Source: Pseudomonadota bacterium (GTDB taxonomy: Bacteria > Pseudomonadota > Alphaproteobacteria > GCA-2731375). From it: a DNA stretch of 64,000 bases. The stretch is from the NCBI GenBank assembly GCA_027623205.1, contig JAQBYC010000006.1, positions 3,556 through 67,555 on the forward strand. The letters are read 5' to 3'. Both the position numbers and the translations under genes were made by a program. Shown piece by piece: positions 51,783 to 61,065 of the stretch. Positions within the stretch are counted from its first letter, which is position 1, and each line of letters opens with the position of its first letter. Below the pieces are notes generated by a model. It was not told the DNA's origin, searched no databases, and saw only the letters and a program-made list of their open reading frames with translations.

Positions 51783-52733
51783 TTAAAGTTTTTCCGCGAT
51801 CCATTGCCGCACCAGGGCGGCAATCTGGTCACTGTTATTATCCAACATGGGTGCATGGGTATTGCCATGTATGCCCCGCTCTGGCAATTCCAGATAGGTT
51901 GCATCAACGCCCGCGCCGCGCAGCGCGGCCACCTGTTGGCGGGCCTTGGCCGCCGGAGCACGCCAAAACGGAGTGTCCAGATTATCCGCCATCAGAAACA
52001 GTAGACGGTTGTCGGACAACACCCTCAAATCCGGCGGCTCGGGATAGCCCGACGGCTCTATCAATATGGACAGCGGGGCTAGATCGGGCCGCGCGAACAA
52101 AGCCGATTGGACCAGATGCCCCCCTTCGCTATGCGCAATCAGAATGCAAGGGCCAATGGTTTCCATCGCCGCCCCCAGGGCCGCGACCTGGGCTGCGCCG
52201 TTGCAGAACCAGCGCGGCACGAAGCTGGCCACCAGGGCATCCAGGTACGCGGGATCAAAGCGACAGTTGGGAAACGTCTCGCGGGCGGCAAATCCGTCCG
52301 CCATACCAATGCGAAACAACCACCAAGCTTCCTGGGCCGGACGGGTTAATGCCGCGCCGCTCCAAACATCAGGCAAGGTGCACCAGCCGGCCCGCCCGCG
52401 CTCTACATTATCAATCACATAACAGGTAAAGCCCGCTTGCAGGAAACGCCACAGCCAACCGGGCCGCCCATCGGGGGTCCGCTCCCACTGTGCCCCGGTC
52501 AGGCCGCCGCCATGTTGGAACAAGATTGGCAGTTCGCAGACCGGATCGGTGGGGATGAAATATTGCAGATAGGCCTGCTCGATTATGTAGTCGCCGTTTG
52601 GATCATAAGGGTGGTCCGGAATTTCCGGCGTGACATACAAGCTTTGCACCGGCTGGCCACAGACGGTGACCTTGCGCCCGCCCACGTGAAAGCCGCCCAT
52701 GTCCTGCAAACTGACCGCGCCACCATTTTTCAT
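51783..52733 (-). CDS. Alpha/beta hydrolase.
   Basis: Nucleophile elbow AHSEGG (GxSxG). It overlaps the downstream OYE gene. Confidence 0.65.
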   Translation of the reverse strand: MKNGGAVSLQDMGGFHVGGRKVTVCGQPVQSLYVTPEIPDHPYDPNGDYIIEQAYLQYFIPTDPVCELPILFQHGGGLTGAQWERTPDGRPGWLWRFLQAGFTCYVIDNVERGRAGWCTLPDVWSGAALTRPAQEAWWLFRIGMADGFAARETFPNCRFDPAYLDALVASFVPRWFCNGAAQVAALGAAMETIGPCILIAHSEGGHLVQSALFARPDLAPLSILIEPSGYPEPPDLRVLSDNRLLFLMADNLDTPFWRAPAAKARQQVAALRGAGVDATYLELPERGIHGNTHAPMLDNNSDQIAALVRQWIAEKL

Positions 52734-52859
52734 AGCACCGAATATAGCCGGCAAATGCCGGGGATGCATTGCTCAGAACCCCGTCTATGGTCATACTGTG
52801 GTCATTTCGTGATCCAAACGATCGTACTAGGCAGCAGCAGGAAAAAAGGGGAGCAGGCC

Positions 52860-53240
52860 ATGCCGTTGGAATATATTGATCACTATAACGTCGTCACCCT
52901 CGATGCAGCGGCCTCGGCCAAGTTTTATGTCGACGTATTAGGCCTTCGGATCGGCGACCGGCCACCCTTTAAGTTTCCCGGCGCCTGGGTCTATTGCAAC
53001 GACAAGCCGGTGCTGCATTTGATCGAGCGGGCGGAAGTTCCCGAAGGTACGGGCCGGGTCGACCACGTGTCCTTTCGCTGTACCGGCTATGGCGATATGA
53101 AACGGCGCCTGGAGGATGCGGGCGTGGACTATGAAGAACGGATCGTGCCGAAATTTAATTTGACCCAGTTGTTCCTGCAAAGTCCCGATGGCCTGAAGCT
53201 TGAATTGACCTTTTCGGAAGAATCCGTCGCCGCCGGCTGA
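52860..53240 (+). CDS. VOC-family (glyoxalase / bleomycin-resistance / dioxygenase fold) protein.
   Basis: 126 aa with HYNVVTLD...YVDVLGL...VDHVSFRC. A GGGGAG ribosome-binding site precedes the ATG. Confidence 0.65.
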   Translation: MPLEYIDHYNVVTLDAAASAKFYVDVLGLRIGDRPPFKFPGAWVYCNDKPVLHLIERAEVPEGTGRVDHVSFRCTGYGDMKRRLEDAGVDYEERIVPKFNLTQLFLQSPDGLKLELTFSEESVAAG

Positions 53241-53362
53241 GCCTGCCGAAACGCTGCCCCGGACGGTTTTGATATTCATCGCGCCGCTCCGACAAGGCGG
53301 CACCGGATATTCGATAGGGCGTTGACCGACCAACCAGTTCCCACCAGAACAGGCACCCCACC

Positions 53363-54259
53363 ATGACGAATGAGACCCTCCGCATCTACGATACATCGTT
53401 GCGCGACGGGTTGCGCAACTCCGGCATTATGATCGAGCTGGACGACAAGGTACGGTTCATCCGGCAACTCGAACGCCTGGGCGTCAGTGATATCGAGGTC
53501 GGCTACGGCGGCCCCAGTCAAGTCGAAACCATGAGGCGCCTGGCTGGGGTTGTGACGGAACCCGTGCTCTATGGTCTAAGCCGGGTGAACCGGCGGGATG
53601 TCGACCGAGTTCTTGACGCACTTGACGGGGCCCGCCATCCGGGCATCAATATATTCTCCCCGACCTCCAAGGAATTTCTCGGTTACGCGGACAAGACACC
53701 GGCACAAGCGCTGGAGGCATCGGTCAGCGCCGTCACCCATGCGAAACGCCGGGTGAATCATGTGGTGTTCTCGGCCCAGGACGCGCCCGGGGCCGATCTA
53801 GACTATTTGGACGAATTGCTGGGCGCGGTGATCGAGGCGGGCGCGACCACTATTTCGGTGGCTGATACCAAAAGCCAGGCCCTGCCCAGCGAATTCGGCG
53901 GATTGTGCCGTCGCTTGCGCAACGTGGCGCCGGATGGGCGGGCGCCGATCTTTAGCGTCCATTGCCATGACGGCCTGGGCCTCGCGGTGGCAAACTGCGC
54001 CGCCGCCATCGGGAATGGCGCCCGGCAGGTGGAATGCACGGTCAGCGGAATTGGTGAAAGCGGCAGCAACACCAGCCTGCAGGCGATCGCCCGGTTGTTA
54101 CAACGGCGCGCGGACGCTTTTCCCAACCTACGGTGCGGGCTGGATATGGCTGCGTTAGAGGCGACGGCGCAGCTATTGGTGGATATCACCCATGCGACCG
54201 ACGACGCCAGTTCCGACGTCGTCGAACTGCTTCGCCGACGGCGTGGCGGAAACGACTGA
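53363..54259 (+). CDS. DRE-TIM (HMGL-like) aldolase catalytic domain, resembling 2-isopropylmalate synthase but lacking its C-terminal domains.
   Basis: RIYDTSLRDG and HCHDGLGLAVAN motifs. Only 298 aa. Confidence 0.65.
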   Translation: MTNETLRIYDTSLRDGLRNSGIMIELDDKVRFIRQLERLGVSDIEVGYGGPSQVETMRRLAGVVTEPVLYGLSRVNRRDVDRVLDALDGARHPGINIFSPTSKEFLGYADKTPAQALEASVSAVTHAKRRVNHVVFSAQDAPGADLDYLDELLGAVIEAGATTISVADTKSQALPSEFGGLCRRLRNVAPDGRAPIFSVHCHDGLGLAVANCAAAIGNGARQVECTVSGIGESGSNTSLQAIARLLQRRADAFPNLRCGLDMAALEATAQLLVDITHATDDASSDVVELLRRRRGGND

Positions 54260-54261
54260 GA

Positions 54262-55005
54262 ATGCCTACGATTTCAAAAGCACCTCATTTGCCGGTCGGG
54301 AACACCGTGACCGCCATGCCGGATGGGCGGCGGCCGGGGAGCGAGACCTTTAGCGGTACATCCGTCGTGATCGAACCAATTGACCCGGCGCGCCATGGTA
54401 GCGATTTATACGCAGCCGCCTGTGGCCCTGACGGTGACCCCTCGGGCAACATGTGGACCTACATGAGCTTCGGCCCGTTCGATGGTTTGGCGGCTTTTCG
54501 CAACTGGCTCGCGCCACAGACGGAAAGCGAGGACCCTTTGGTCTTTGCAATTATAGACAGGGCCAGCGGCACGGCGCGCGGCATGGCCAGTTATCTGCGA
54601 ATTGTCCCCCAGTGGGCCAGTTGCGAGGTCGGTTCGATCTGGTATGCGCCGTCACTGGTGCGCAGTCGCGCGGCGACCGAAGCGATGTATTTGATGGCCC
54701 ACCATGTTTTTGACGATGTGGGCTATCGTCGCTATGAATGGAAATGCGATACCCTCAACGCCGCCTCGCGCCGCGCCGCCCTGCGCCTCGGGTTCCGCTA
54801 CGAGGGCGAATTTCGCCAGCATATGATTTACAAAGGCCGCAATCGCGACACTGCATGGTTCGCCATGACTGACCAGGACTGGCGTTCGGTGAAAGCTGCT
54901 TTCGAGACTTGGCTGGCGGACGGGAATTTCGATGCCGGGGGGCGACAACGGCGGGGCCTGGCGGAGATTCGGGCCGAGCATGAAGGGAAAGGCCGGTCTG
55001 GATGA
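54262..55005 (+). CDS. GNAT-family N-acetyltransferase of the RimJ/RimL-like Acetyltransf_3 type.
   Basis: VVIEPIDPARHGSDLYAA...FRYEGEFRQH pattern. The ATG lies 2 nt after the upstream stop; an alternative start exists at MPDGRR (54316). Confidence 0.6.
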   Translation: MPTISKAPHLPVGNTVTAMPDGRRPGSETFSGTSVVIEPIDPARHGSDLYAAACGPDGDPSGNMWTYMSFGPFDGLAAFRNWLAPQTESEDPLVFAIIDRASGTARGMASYLRIVPQWASCEVGSIWYAPSLVRSRAATEAMYLMAHHVFDDVGYRRYEWKCDTLNAASRRAALRLGFRYEGEFRQHMIYKGRNRDTAWFAMTDQDWRSVKAAFETWLADGNFDAGGRQRRGLAEIRAEHEGKGRSG

Positions 55006-55219
55006 CGAAGCGCTGGATCGCTAAACTTCCGGATCCGCGAAATTCATCAATCTGCGGTATCAAGAATTTGCCAAGACGCGAACCTTCGCCATGGTGGTGC
55101 CAACGGACCCTGCTCGGCGCAAACCAAATATTTATTCCATGAGTAGATCATTGTTTTCAACGGTTATGGTAGATATACAGTGAACCGCTTGAAGAAACGT
55201 ATTTCCGGGAGACGTGGAA

Positions 55220-56032
55220 ATGAAGCTCTATGTTCGCAAAACCCTGGTGTTCGCCGCAATCGTCGCATTGACTTTGCAGCCGGTCCTGGCGCAGGCCCAG
55301 GTTGCCGTTGGTAACGCCAACAAGATCGTCTCCGGCGTGCGCGGGGTATGGCAATCCAATACCCGAACCCTGAACCTCAAGGATGAGGTTTTCAGCAACG
55401 AGCAGGTGAACACTGACGCCGACAGCGCCGCGCGCTTTATTTTCCGCGATGATACTTTGCTGTCCATCGGCGCCAGTTCATCGGTGACCCTGGACAAGTT
55501 CGTCTTCGACAACGACGCCAGCAAATCCCAGGTTGCCCTATCCATGAGCAAGGGCGTAATGCGGTTCGTCTCGGGCAATTTGCCGAAGAACCTATATTCC
55601 ATTCGCACGCCGGCGGCCTTGATCGGCATCAGAGGCACCATCCTGGTGATCACGGTTGCCCTGAATGGCGTGACCAGCGTTTCGGTTATCGAAGGCGCGG
55701 CGACGGTTACCGCGTTGGGCACCACAACAACGGTGAACGCCGGGTTCTCGACCTCCGTGACACCGGGCGCGCCGCCCGCGCCCCCGACCGGCACCCCGCC
55801 AACGCCGCCACAAGTCCAGGCCATGCAAACCGCTCTGGGCCCAGACCCCGGCATCGCGACCGGCGGGCAAGCCGCCACCGGACTTGGCGGCCTGTCTACA
55901 GGGGCGCTGGTGGGCGCGGCGGCCTTGGCCGCGGTCCTGGCCGTAGCCATCTCGGCGGCCTCGTCCGACAACGACTCCGCCGTCGGCACGACGAATGCAT
56001 CATCCAGCACTTCTACCGCTACCAGCCAGTAA
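55220..56032 (+). CDS. Secreted FecR-domain protein with a Pro/Ala/Ser-rich C-terminus, not adjacent to any ECF sigma factor.
   Basis: Signal peptide MKLYVRKTLVFAAIVALTLQPVLAQA. FecR-like FIFRDDTLLSIGASSSVTL...GVMRF. Confidence 0.55.
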   Translation: MKLYVRKTLVFAAIVALTLQPVLAQAQVAVGNANKIVSGVRGVWQSNTRTLNLKDEVFSNEQVNTDADSAARFIFRDDTLLSIGASSSVTLDKFVFDNDASKSQVALSMSKGVMRFVSGNLPKNLYSIRTPAALIGIRGTILVITVALNGVTSVSVIEGAATVTALGTTTTVNAGFSTSVTPGAPPAPPTGTPPTPPQVQAMQTALGPDPGIATGGQAATGLGGLSTGALVGAAALAAVLAVAISAASSDNDSAVGTTNASSSTSTATSQ

Positions 56033-56149
56033 GGGCGTGAATGCACGACAATTCCGGCGCCCCTTGTGGGCGCCGGATTTTGCTTAAGACAGGACCGTAC
56101 GTGACCGGCGCTGTCCGGGGGCCGGACGCCATATGCCTGCCTCGAAAAT

Positions 56150-56253
56150 AGTCGAGAGAAATTCTCGATTTATTGGAATCGATAACCCGAATGAAGCAGT
56201 TGGTTCAATTGCTCTATTCTGAAGATCCTGTGTACATTCGGATCAAATGCATG
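56150..56253 (-). repeat. Copy 7 of the structured intergenic repeat, in reverse orientation and degenerate.
   Basis: The reverse complement contains cagaatagagcaattgaaccaactgcttcattcgggttatcgattccaataaatcgagaa. Its hairpin end abuts the stop codon of the TPP enzyme gene. Confidence 0.7.
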
Positions 56254-58005
56254 CTAGGCGATGCGATCGCCTTTCTTGATCGGCGCCGTGCGGTTATCCA
56301 CGCCCGGCAGCATCTTTGTCGGGTCGCGGGTGACAACAACATCAATGACCGTCGGGCGGTCGCGTTCGCCCATGCCTGTCCGGATGGCGCCAGCCAGATC
56401 GTCGGGGTCTTCGACGCGGATGCCCTGACAGCCGAAATTTTCGGCCAGGTTGGCATAATTCATCTCGTTCAGATCCGAGGATTGAAAGCGGCCGCCGAAC
56501 TGCGCCTGCTGCAGGGCCTTGACATAACCGGAAGCGGCGTTGTTGACGATCAGGATGGTAAGGCCGCTTTTTAGCCGCCCCGCCGTTTCCAGTTCGCCGA
56601 TCACCATATTGAAACCGCCATCCCCGGTCACGCCGACGACGGGGCGATCGCCGGCAGCCAGTTGCGCGCCCATGCTGCCCGGCAGGCCATAACCAATCGA
56701 GGCAAAGCCGCGATTGGCGATATAGTGACGGCCCGCCGCCTTGGTTTCGCACAGCAGTCCCGTCCAATGGGCGGCGAAGCCGCCGTCGGCGACCAGGATG
56801 CCGTCCTCGGGTAGGGTATTGTTCAACTCGTGGCACATGCGCGCCATGTTGACGGGCCTCTCGCCCGAGGTGAGGCGATTCTGGACCTCCATGCGCCAGG
56901 TCGTCATGCGCTGGATGATCTCGGCCGCGTATTCACCCCGCGCCGTGTGCTGTCGGGCCGCGCTATCGGACATCTCCGCGGCCAGATCCTCGATCCCGGC
57001 CCTGGCATCGCCCCAAAGAGGGATATCGGCAGGCACGCAGCGGCCAATCTCCTCGGCCTGAATTTCCAGGTGGATGAGGGGGATGTGGCGGGGCGGCAAG
57101 GTATAGCGCTTGGTCGCGATCTCGCCCATCTTGCAACCCACCACCAGGATGCAATCGGAACTCTCCATGACATCGTTGGCGATACGGCTATAGCGGCCGA
57201 ACAGGCCCAGGGCCAGTGCATGGGTGCAGGGAATGGCGCCCTTGCCGCTCAAGGTATGGGCGACAGGAACATTGAAGCGTTCAGCGAATGCCGTCAGGAC
57301 GGCCTGCGCACCCGAAAGATGGGCGCCGCCACCAACCAGAATGATGGGCCGTTTCGCGCCGGCCAACAGGGCGGCGGCGCGGGCCAGGTCATCCCGGGCC
57401 GGGCGGCTGCGGTAGGCCGGCATGTTGATGGCGGAAAGATCGGCGTGCAGTTCATCTTCCGGGAAATCGTATTCACCGTGGGCGATATCCTCGGGCACGT
57501 CCAGCAACACCGGACCGGGCCGTCCAGAGGTCGCCACGCCATAGGCCCGGCGCACCAGTTCGGGCAGACGCTGGATGGCTTCGACGCGAATGACTTCCTT
57601 TACGGCCGGGGCCAGGATCGCCAATTGCCTGGCTTCCTGGGTCATGTTCTTCCAGGAATAGTCGCGGTTGGTGTCACCGGTGATGGCGATCAAGGGCACG
57701 CCGGCGTTCAGGCTTTCCACCAGCCCCGTGGTCAAATTGGTCGCGCCGGGCCCCAGGGTCGCGTCACAGACACCCGGCCGGCCCGACACGCGGGCAAAGG
57801 CATCTGCCGCGAAGGCGCCGCAGCGTTCGTCATTAATGAGGGTATGGCTTAAGCCGACCTCGCCAACCGCATCATAAAAGGGCAGCAGCTGGAACCCGCC
57901 CATGCCAAACATGGGAGCCGCGTCGTGCAGCTTCAACATCTCAGCCAGGGCACGGCCACCGGACATGGTGCGGGGTGGCTGGTTACTCAACTTTTGTTCG
58001 GACAT
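56254..58005 (-). CDS. Thiamine-diphosphate enzyme of the acetolactate-synthase-like family (POX/ALS/Xsc-type).
   Basis: 583 aa with the TPP-binding motif GDGGFNM...NN. A GGGGAGAAGG ribosome-binding site precedes the start. Confidence 0.8.
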   Translation of the reverse strand: MSEQKLSNQPPRTMSGGRALAEMLKLHDAAPMFGMGGFQLLPFYDAVGEVGLSHTLINDERCGAFAADAFARVSGRPGVCDATLGPGATNLTTGLVESLNAGVPLIAITGDTNRDYSWKNMTQEARQLAILAPAVKEVIRVEAIQRLPELVRRAYGVATSGRPGPVLLDVPEDIAHGEYDFPEDELHADLSAINMPAYRSRPARDDLARAAALLAGAKRPIILVGGGAHLSGAQAVLTAFAERFNVPVAHTLSGKGAIPCTHALALGLFGRYSRIANDVMESSDCILVVGCKMGEIATKRYTLPPRHIPLIHLEIQAEEIGRCVPADIPLWGDARAGIEDLAAEMSDSAARQHTARGEYAAEIIQRMTTWRMEVQNRLTSGERPVNMARMCHELNNTLPEDGILVADGGFAAHWTGLLCETKAAGRHYIANRGFASIGYGLPGSMGAQLAAGDRPVVGVTGDGGFNMVIGELETAGRLKSGLTILIVNNAASGYVKALQQAQFGGRFQSSDLNEMNYANLAENFGCQGIRVEDPDDLAGAIRTGMGERDRPTVIDVVVTRDPTKMLPGVDNRTAPIKKGDRIA

Positions 58006-58008
58006 GCT

Positions 58009-58818
58009 CTAACCTTCTCCCCAACGGGCTTTACTGGCGAAAACTTTCAGGCGATCGCCAACGCCCACACCCAGGGCCGCGGCGGTCTTGTTCAGATGTG
58101 AAATTAGGCCGCCCTGCCACATGGAGCGGGCATCACCGATGCGCGCCGTCCAGCAATCAACGGTAACGGCGGCAATGTGGCGCTGGTCCAGGGCCGGCAG
58201 CCGGCTGATCCCGATATCATCGCAGCCCACACCGGCATCGTTGAAAGCGCAGGCAAGGACGTCGTATTTGATGGCGGATGCCGCCTCGCCGCCCAACAAA
58301 GCGCCGTGGGAACCGGTCAGGACCACCTGGCCCGCATCCTCGGGGCGCAACAGCGAAGCCGAATCAATGCCCCAGATGGCCGGCGTCTCGCCTTCCCTCG
58401 AGAACCGAAAGCGCGCCTCTTCATAGACCGGCGCCTCGCCCGTCGGCGCGGGCGCCGCGCGCATGGCTTCGGCACAGGCCGCCGCGCTTTGCCCCACGGC
58501 ACAGCCCAGAGCGGCCGCAGCCTGATTGACACGGCTGATCACGCCACGCGCCGCCATGTCATCGCCATCGCCAATGCGGGCGCTCTCATGGGACACCGTC
58601 GCCCCGGGCCGGCCCAGCTTGTCCAGATAGATCAGTGATGAGTAGCCGGCGCCATCCAGGCCCCCGCCAGCATCGTTCAGGATGACCGCGCGGACCCCCG
58701 CCTTGGCCGCAAGATAGCCCGCGTATACGCCACCGTGGCTGCCACCGATCAGCACCTGTCCCGCATGTTCCGGCCCCAACTTGGTGACCGACGCCGCGGT
58801 AACGATTTGAATGTCCAT
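58009..58818 (-). CDS. Hypothetical protein made of two internally duplicated ~110-aa domains.
   Basis: Repeat 1 is QVLIGGSHGGVYAG...VILNDAGGGLDGAGY...ARIGDGDD...GVISRVNQAAAALGCAVGQ. Repeat 2 is QVVLTGSHGALLGG...CAFNDAGVGCDDIGI...ARIGDARS...GLISHLNKTAAALGVGVGD. Confidence 0.5.
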   Translation of the reverse strand: MDIQIVTAASVTKLGPEHAGQVLIGGSHGGVYAGYLAAKAGVRAVILNDAGGGLDGAGYSSLIYLDKLGRPGATVSHESARIGDGDDMAARGVISRVNQAAAALGCAVGQSAAACAEAMRAAPAPTGEAPVYEEARFRFSREGETPAIWGIDSASLLRPEDAGQVVLTGSHGALLGGEAASAIKYDVLACAFNDAGVGCDDIGISRLPALDQRHIAAVTVDCWTARIGDARSMWQGGLISHLNKTAAALGVGVGDRLKVFASKARWGEG

Positions 58819-58886
58819 AGGCTGTCCTTCTACAGAAGCAAAAAACCCGATACAAGTGCGCCGAAACTATTTGCTGGAGGATTATC

Positions 58887-59900
58887 GTGCCAAACAACGA
58901 CGCTCATCCCAAACATAATATCGACCGGGACCGCCTAGTCGAACTATATCGCACCATGCGCCGCATCCGCGCGTTCGAGGAAGCGGCTGAAAAAGCATCC
59001 CTAAGCGGTCGGGTCGGCGGCGCGGTACATCTTTCGATCGGCCAGGAGGCGATTGCCGCCGGCGTCTGTGCCAATCTGCGCCGGTCGGATCAGATCACCA
59101 CGACGCATCGCGGCCATGGCCATTGCATCGCCAAAGGCACGGACCCGGGCGCCATGATGCTGGAATTGTTCGGCAAGCAGGGCGGCACCTGCGGCGGCAA
59201 GGGCGGCTCCATGCATATCGCGGATTTCCAAGCCGGCATGCTGGGCGCCAATGGCGTTGTCGCGGCCGGTATTCCCATCGCGGTAGGCGCGGCCCACGGC
59301 GCCAAGCTGCTGGGCGAAGACCGGGTCGTGGTCTGTTTTTTTGGCGATGGCGCGATAAACCGCGGTCCCTTCATGGAAGGCTTGAACTGGGCCTCGGTCT
59401 TCCACCTGCCGGTGCTGTTTGTTTGCGAACAGAACGGATTTGCCTCAACCACCCATTCGGATGCGGTCACCGCAGGCCCTGGCGCCAATGCCCGGGCTGA
59501 GAGCCTCGGCCTCGAGGCGTTCGAAGTTGATGGCAATGACGTCGCCGCCGTGGACGGTCTGGTCGGCGATCTGATCCCAAGGATCCGTGGCGGTGCCGGG
59601 CCGAAGTTCCTGAGCGCCCAGACCTACCGTTTAAAGGGTCATACCTCTGTCGACCCCGGGCACTACCGGGATCAGGATTATGCGGCGGCGCAGTGGGAAA
59701 AGGACCCGCTGCTGCGCACGGCCGCAGATTTGCGCCGCCTAGGCGTGTCCGAAGCACAGCTGGCGTTGATCGACAAAGGGGCTGACGCAGAAATGAAAGT
59801 TGTGACGGACGCGGCCGAGGCCGCCGACTACCCGGCGCTGGAACAGGCATTCACCGATATCCAGGATATCGGCGCGCCTGTATGGAGAGACCAATCATGA
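58887..59900 (+). CDS. TPP-dependent dehydrogenase E1 component, alpha subunit.
   Basis: GTG start with a GGAGG ribosome-binding site. Motifs GDGAINRG and VCEQNGFA. Confidence 0.85.
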   Translation: MPNNDAHPKHNIDRDRLVELYRTMRRIRAFEEAAEKASLSGRVGGAVHLSIGQEAIAAGVCANLRRSDQITTTHRGHGHCIAKGTDPGAMMLELFGKQGGTCGGKGGSMHIADFQAGMLGANGVVAAGIPIAVGAAHGAKLLGEDRVVVCFFGDGAINRGPFMEGLNWASVFHLPVLFVCEQNGFASTTHSDAVTAGPGANARAESLGLEAFEVDGNDVAAVDGLVGDLIPRIRGGAGPKFLSAQTYRLKGHTSVDPGHYRDQDYAAAQWEKDPLLRTAADLRRLGVSEAQLALIDKGADAEMKVVTDAAEAADYPALEQAFTDIQDIGAPVWRDQS

Positions 59901-60874
59901 GTGTCATCAGCTATCAGGAAGCCGCCCTGCAGGCCGTGGCCGAGGAAATGCGGCGGGATCATCGGGTCTGGGCTCTGGGTGAGGATCTAGGCCGGGGCGG
60001 CGTATTTGGTCAATACCGCGGCTTGCTCGAAGAATTCGGCCCCCAGCGTATCGCCGATACGCCTATCTCGGAGGCGACCATCATGGGCGCCTCGGTCGGC
60101 GCGGCCCTGGTCGGCACACGGCCTGTTGTGGAAATGCGCTTTGCCGATTTTGCCTTGTGCGCGGTCGATGAAATGGTCAATCAGGCGGCCAAGGCGCGCT
60201 TCATGTTTGGCGGTCAGGCTCGGGTCCCCATGGTGATCCGCCAACCCAGTGGTATGTGGCGCTCGTCCGCGGCGCAACATTCCCAGTCGCTTGAGGCCTG
60301 GTATGCCCATATACCGGGTCTGGTCGTCGTCGCGCCCTATACCCCGGCTGACAACAAGGGCCTTTTAAAGTCAGCGATCCGTTGTGATGATCCGGTGATT
60401 TATATCGAGCATAAAGACAACTGGGCCCTTGAAGGCGAGGTGCCGGACGAAGCCGATTATCTGGTGCCTCTGGGCCCGGCGCGCCTGGCCCGGACCGGCA
60501 ATGATCTGACCCTGGTGACATGGTCCAAAATGGTTGGTGTGGCGGAAAAGGCCGCCGCTTTGGCATCATTGCAGGGCATGGAGATCGAGGTGATCGACCT
60601 GCGCACCATATGGCCATGGGATCAGGAATTGGTTTTCGCCTCGGTGGCGAAAACCAAACGTCTGATGGTGGTGCATGAGGCGGTACAGGTTGGCGGTTTC
60701 GGAGCGGAAATTGCCGCCACCGTGGCCGAGCACATGGCCCATGTGCTAACCGCACCGATCTGCCGCATGGGCGCGCCCCGCGCGCCGATCTCTTACGCGA
60801 AACCGTTGGAAAATCAATTGCGTATCACGCCGGAGCAAATCGTTGCCACCGCCTCGCGACAAATCGGGCATTAG
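59897..60874 (+). CDS. TPP-dependent dehydrogenase E1 component, beta subunit.
   Basis: ATGA overlap with the alpha subunit gene. Transketolase-like pyrimidine-binding and C-terminal domains. Confidence 0.85.
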   Translation: MSVISYQEAALQAVAEEMRRDHRVWALGEDLGRGGVFGQYRGLLEEFGPQRIADTPISEATIMGASVGAALVGTRPVVEMRFADFALCAVDEMVNQAAKARFMFGGQARVPMVIRQPSGMWRSSAAQHSQSLEAWYAHIPGLVVVAPYTPADNKGLLKSAIRCDDPVIYIEHKDNWALEGEVPDEADYLVPLGPARLARTGNDLTLVTWSKMVGVAEKAAALASLQGMEIEVIDLRTIWPWDQELVFASVAKTKRLMVVHEAVQVGGFGAEIAATVAEHMAHVLTAPICRMGAPRAPISYAKPLENQLRITPEQIVATASRQIGH

Positions 60875-61065
60875 GCAAAGTATGCCTCTGTAGTACCTTA
60901 AAAAGCGGCGTACTACCTTTGGCCCTATCAAGGAAGGCATACCTCTAAGCCATTAATAATAAGTGAAAAAGTGGCCTTTAATGAATATTGCGCTGCCGGC
61001 TCTTTATGCTTATGTTCAATAAGTACTACCGGTAGAAATGTTTTTATATAGCAGGCTGAGATCCG

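Noticed and set aside
55228-56046. A 272-aa minus-strand ORF opposite the FecR-domain gene.
   Set aside because: The plus-strand product has a signal peptide and FecR-like motifs. The minus-strand translation is low-complexity with no recognisable features.
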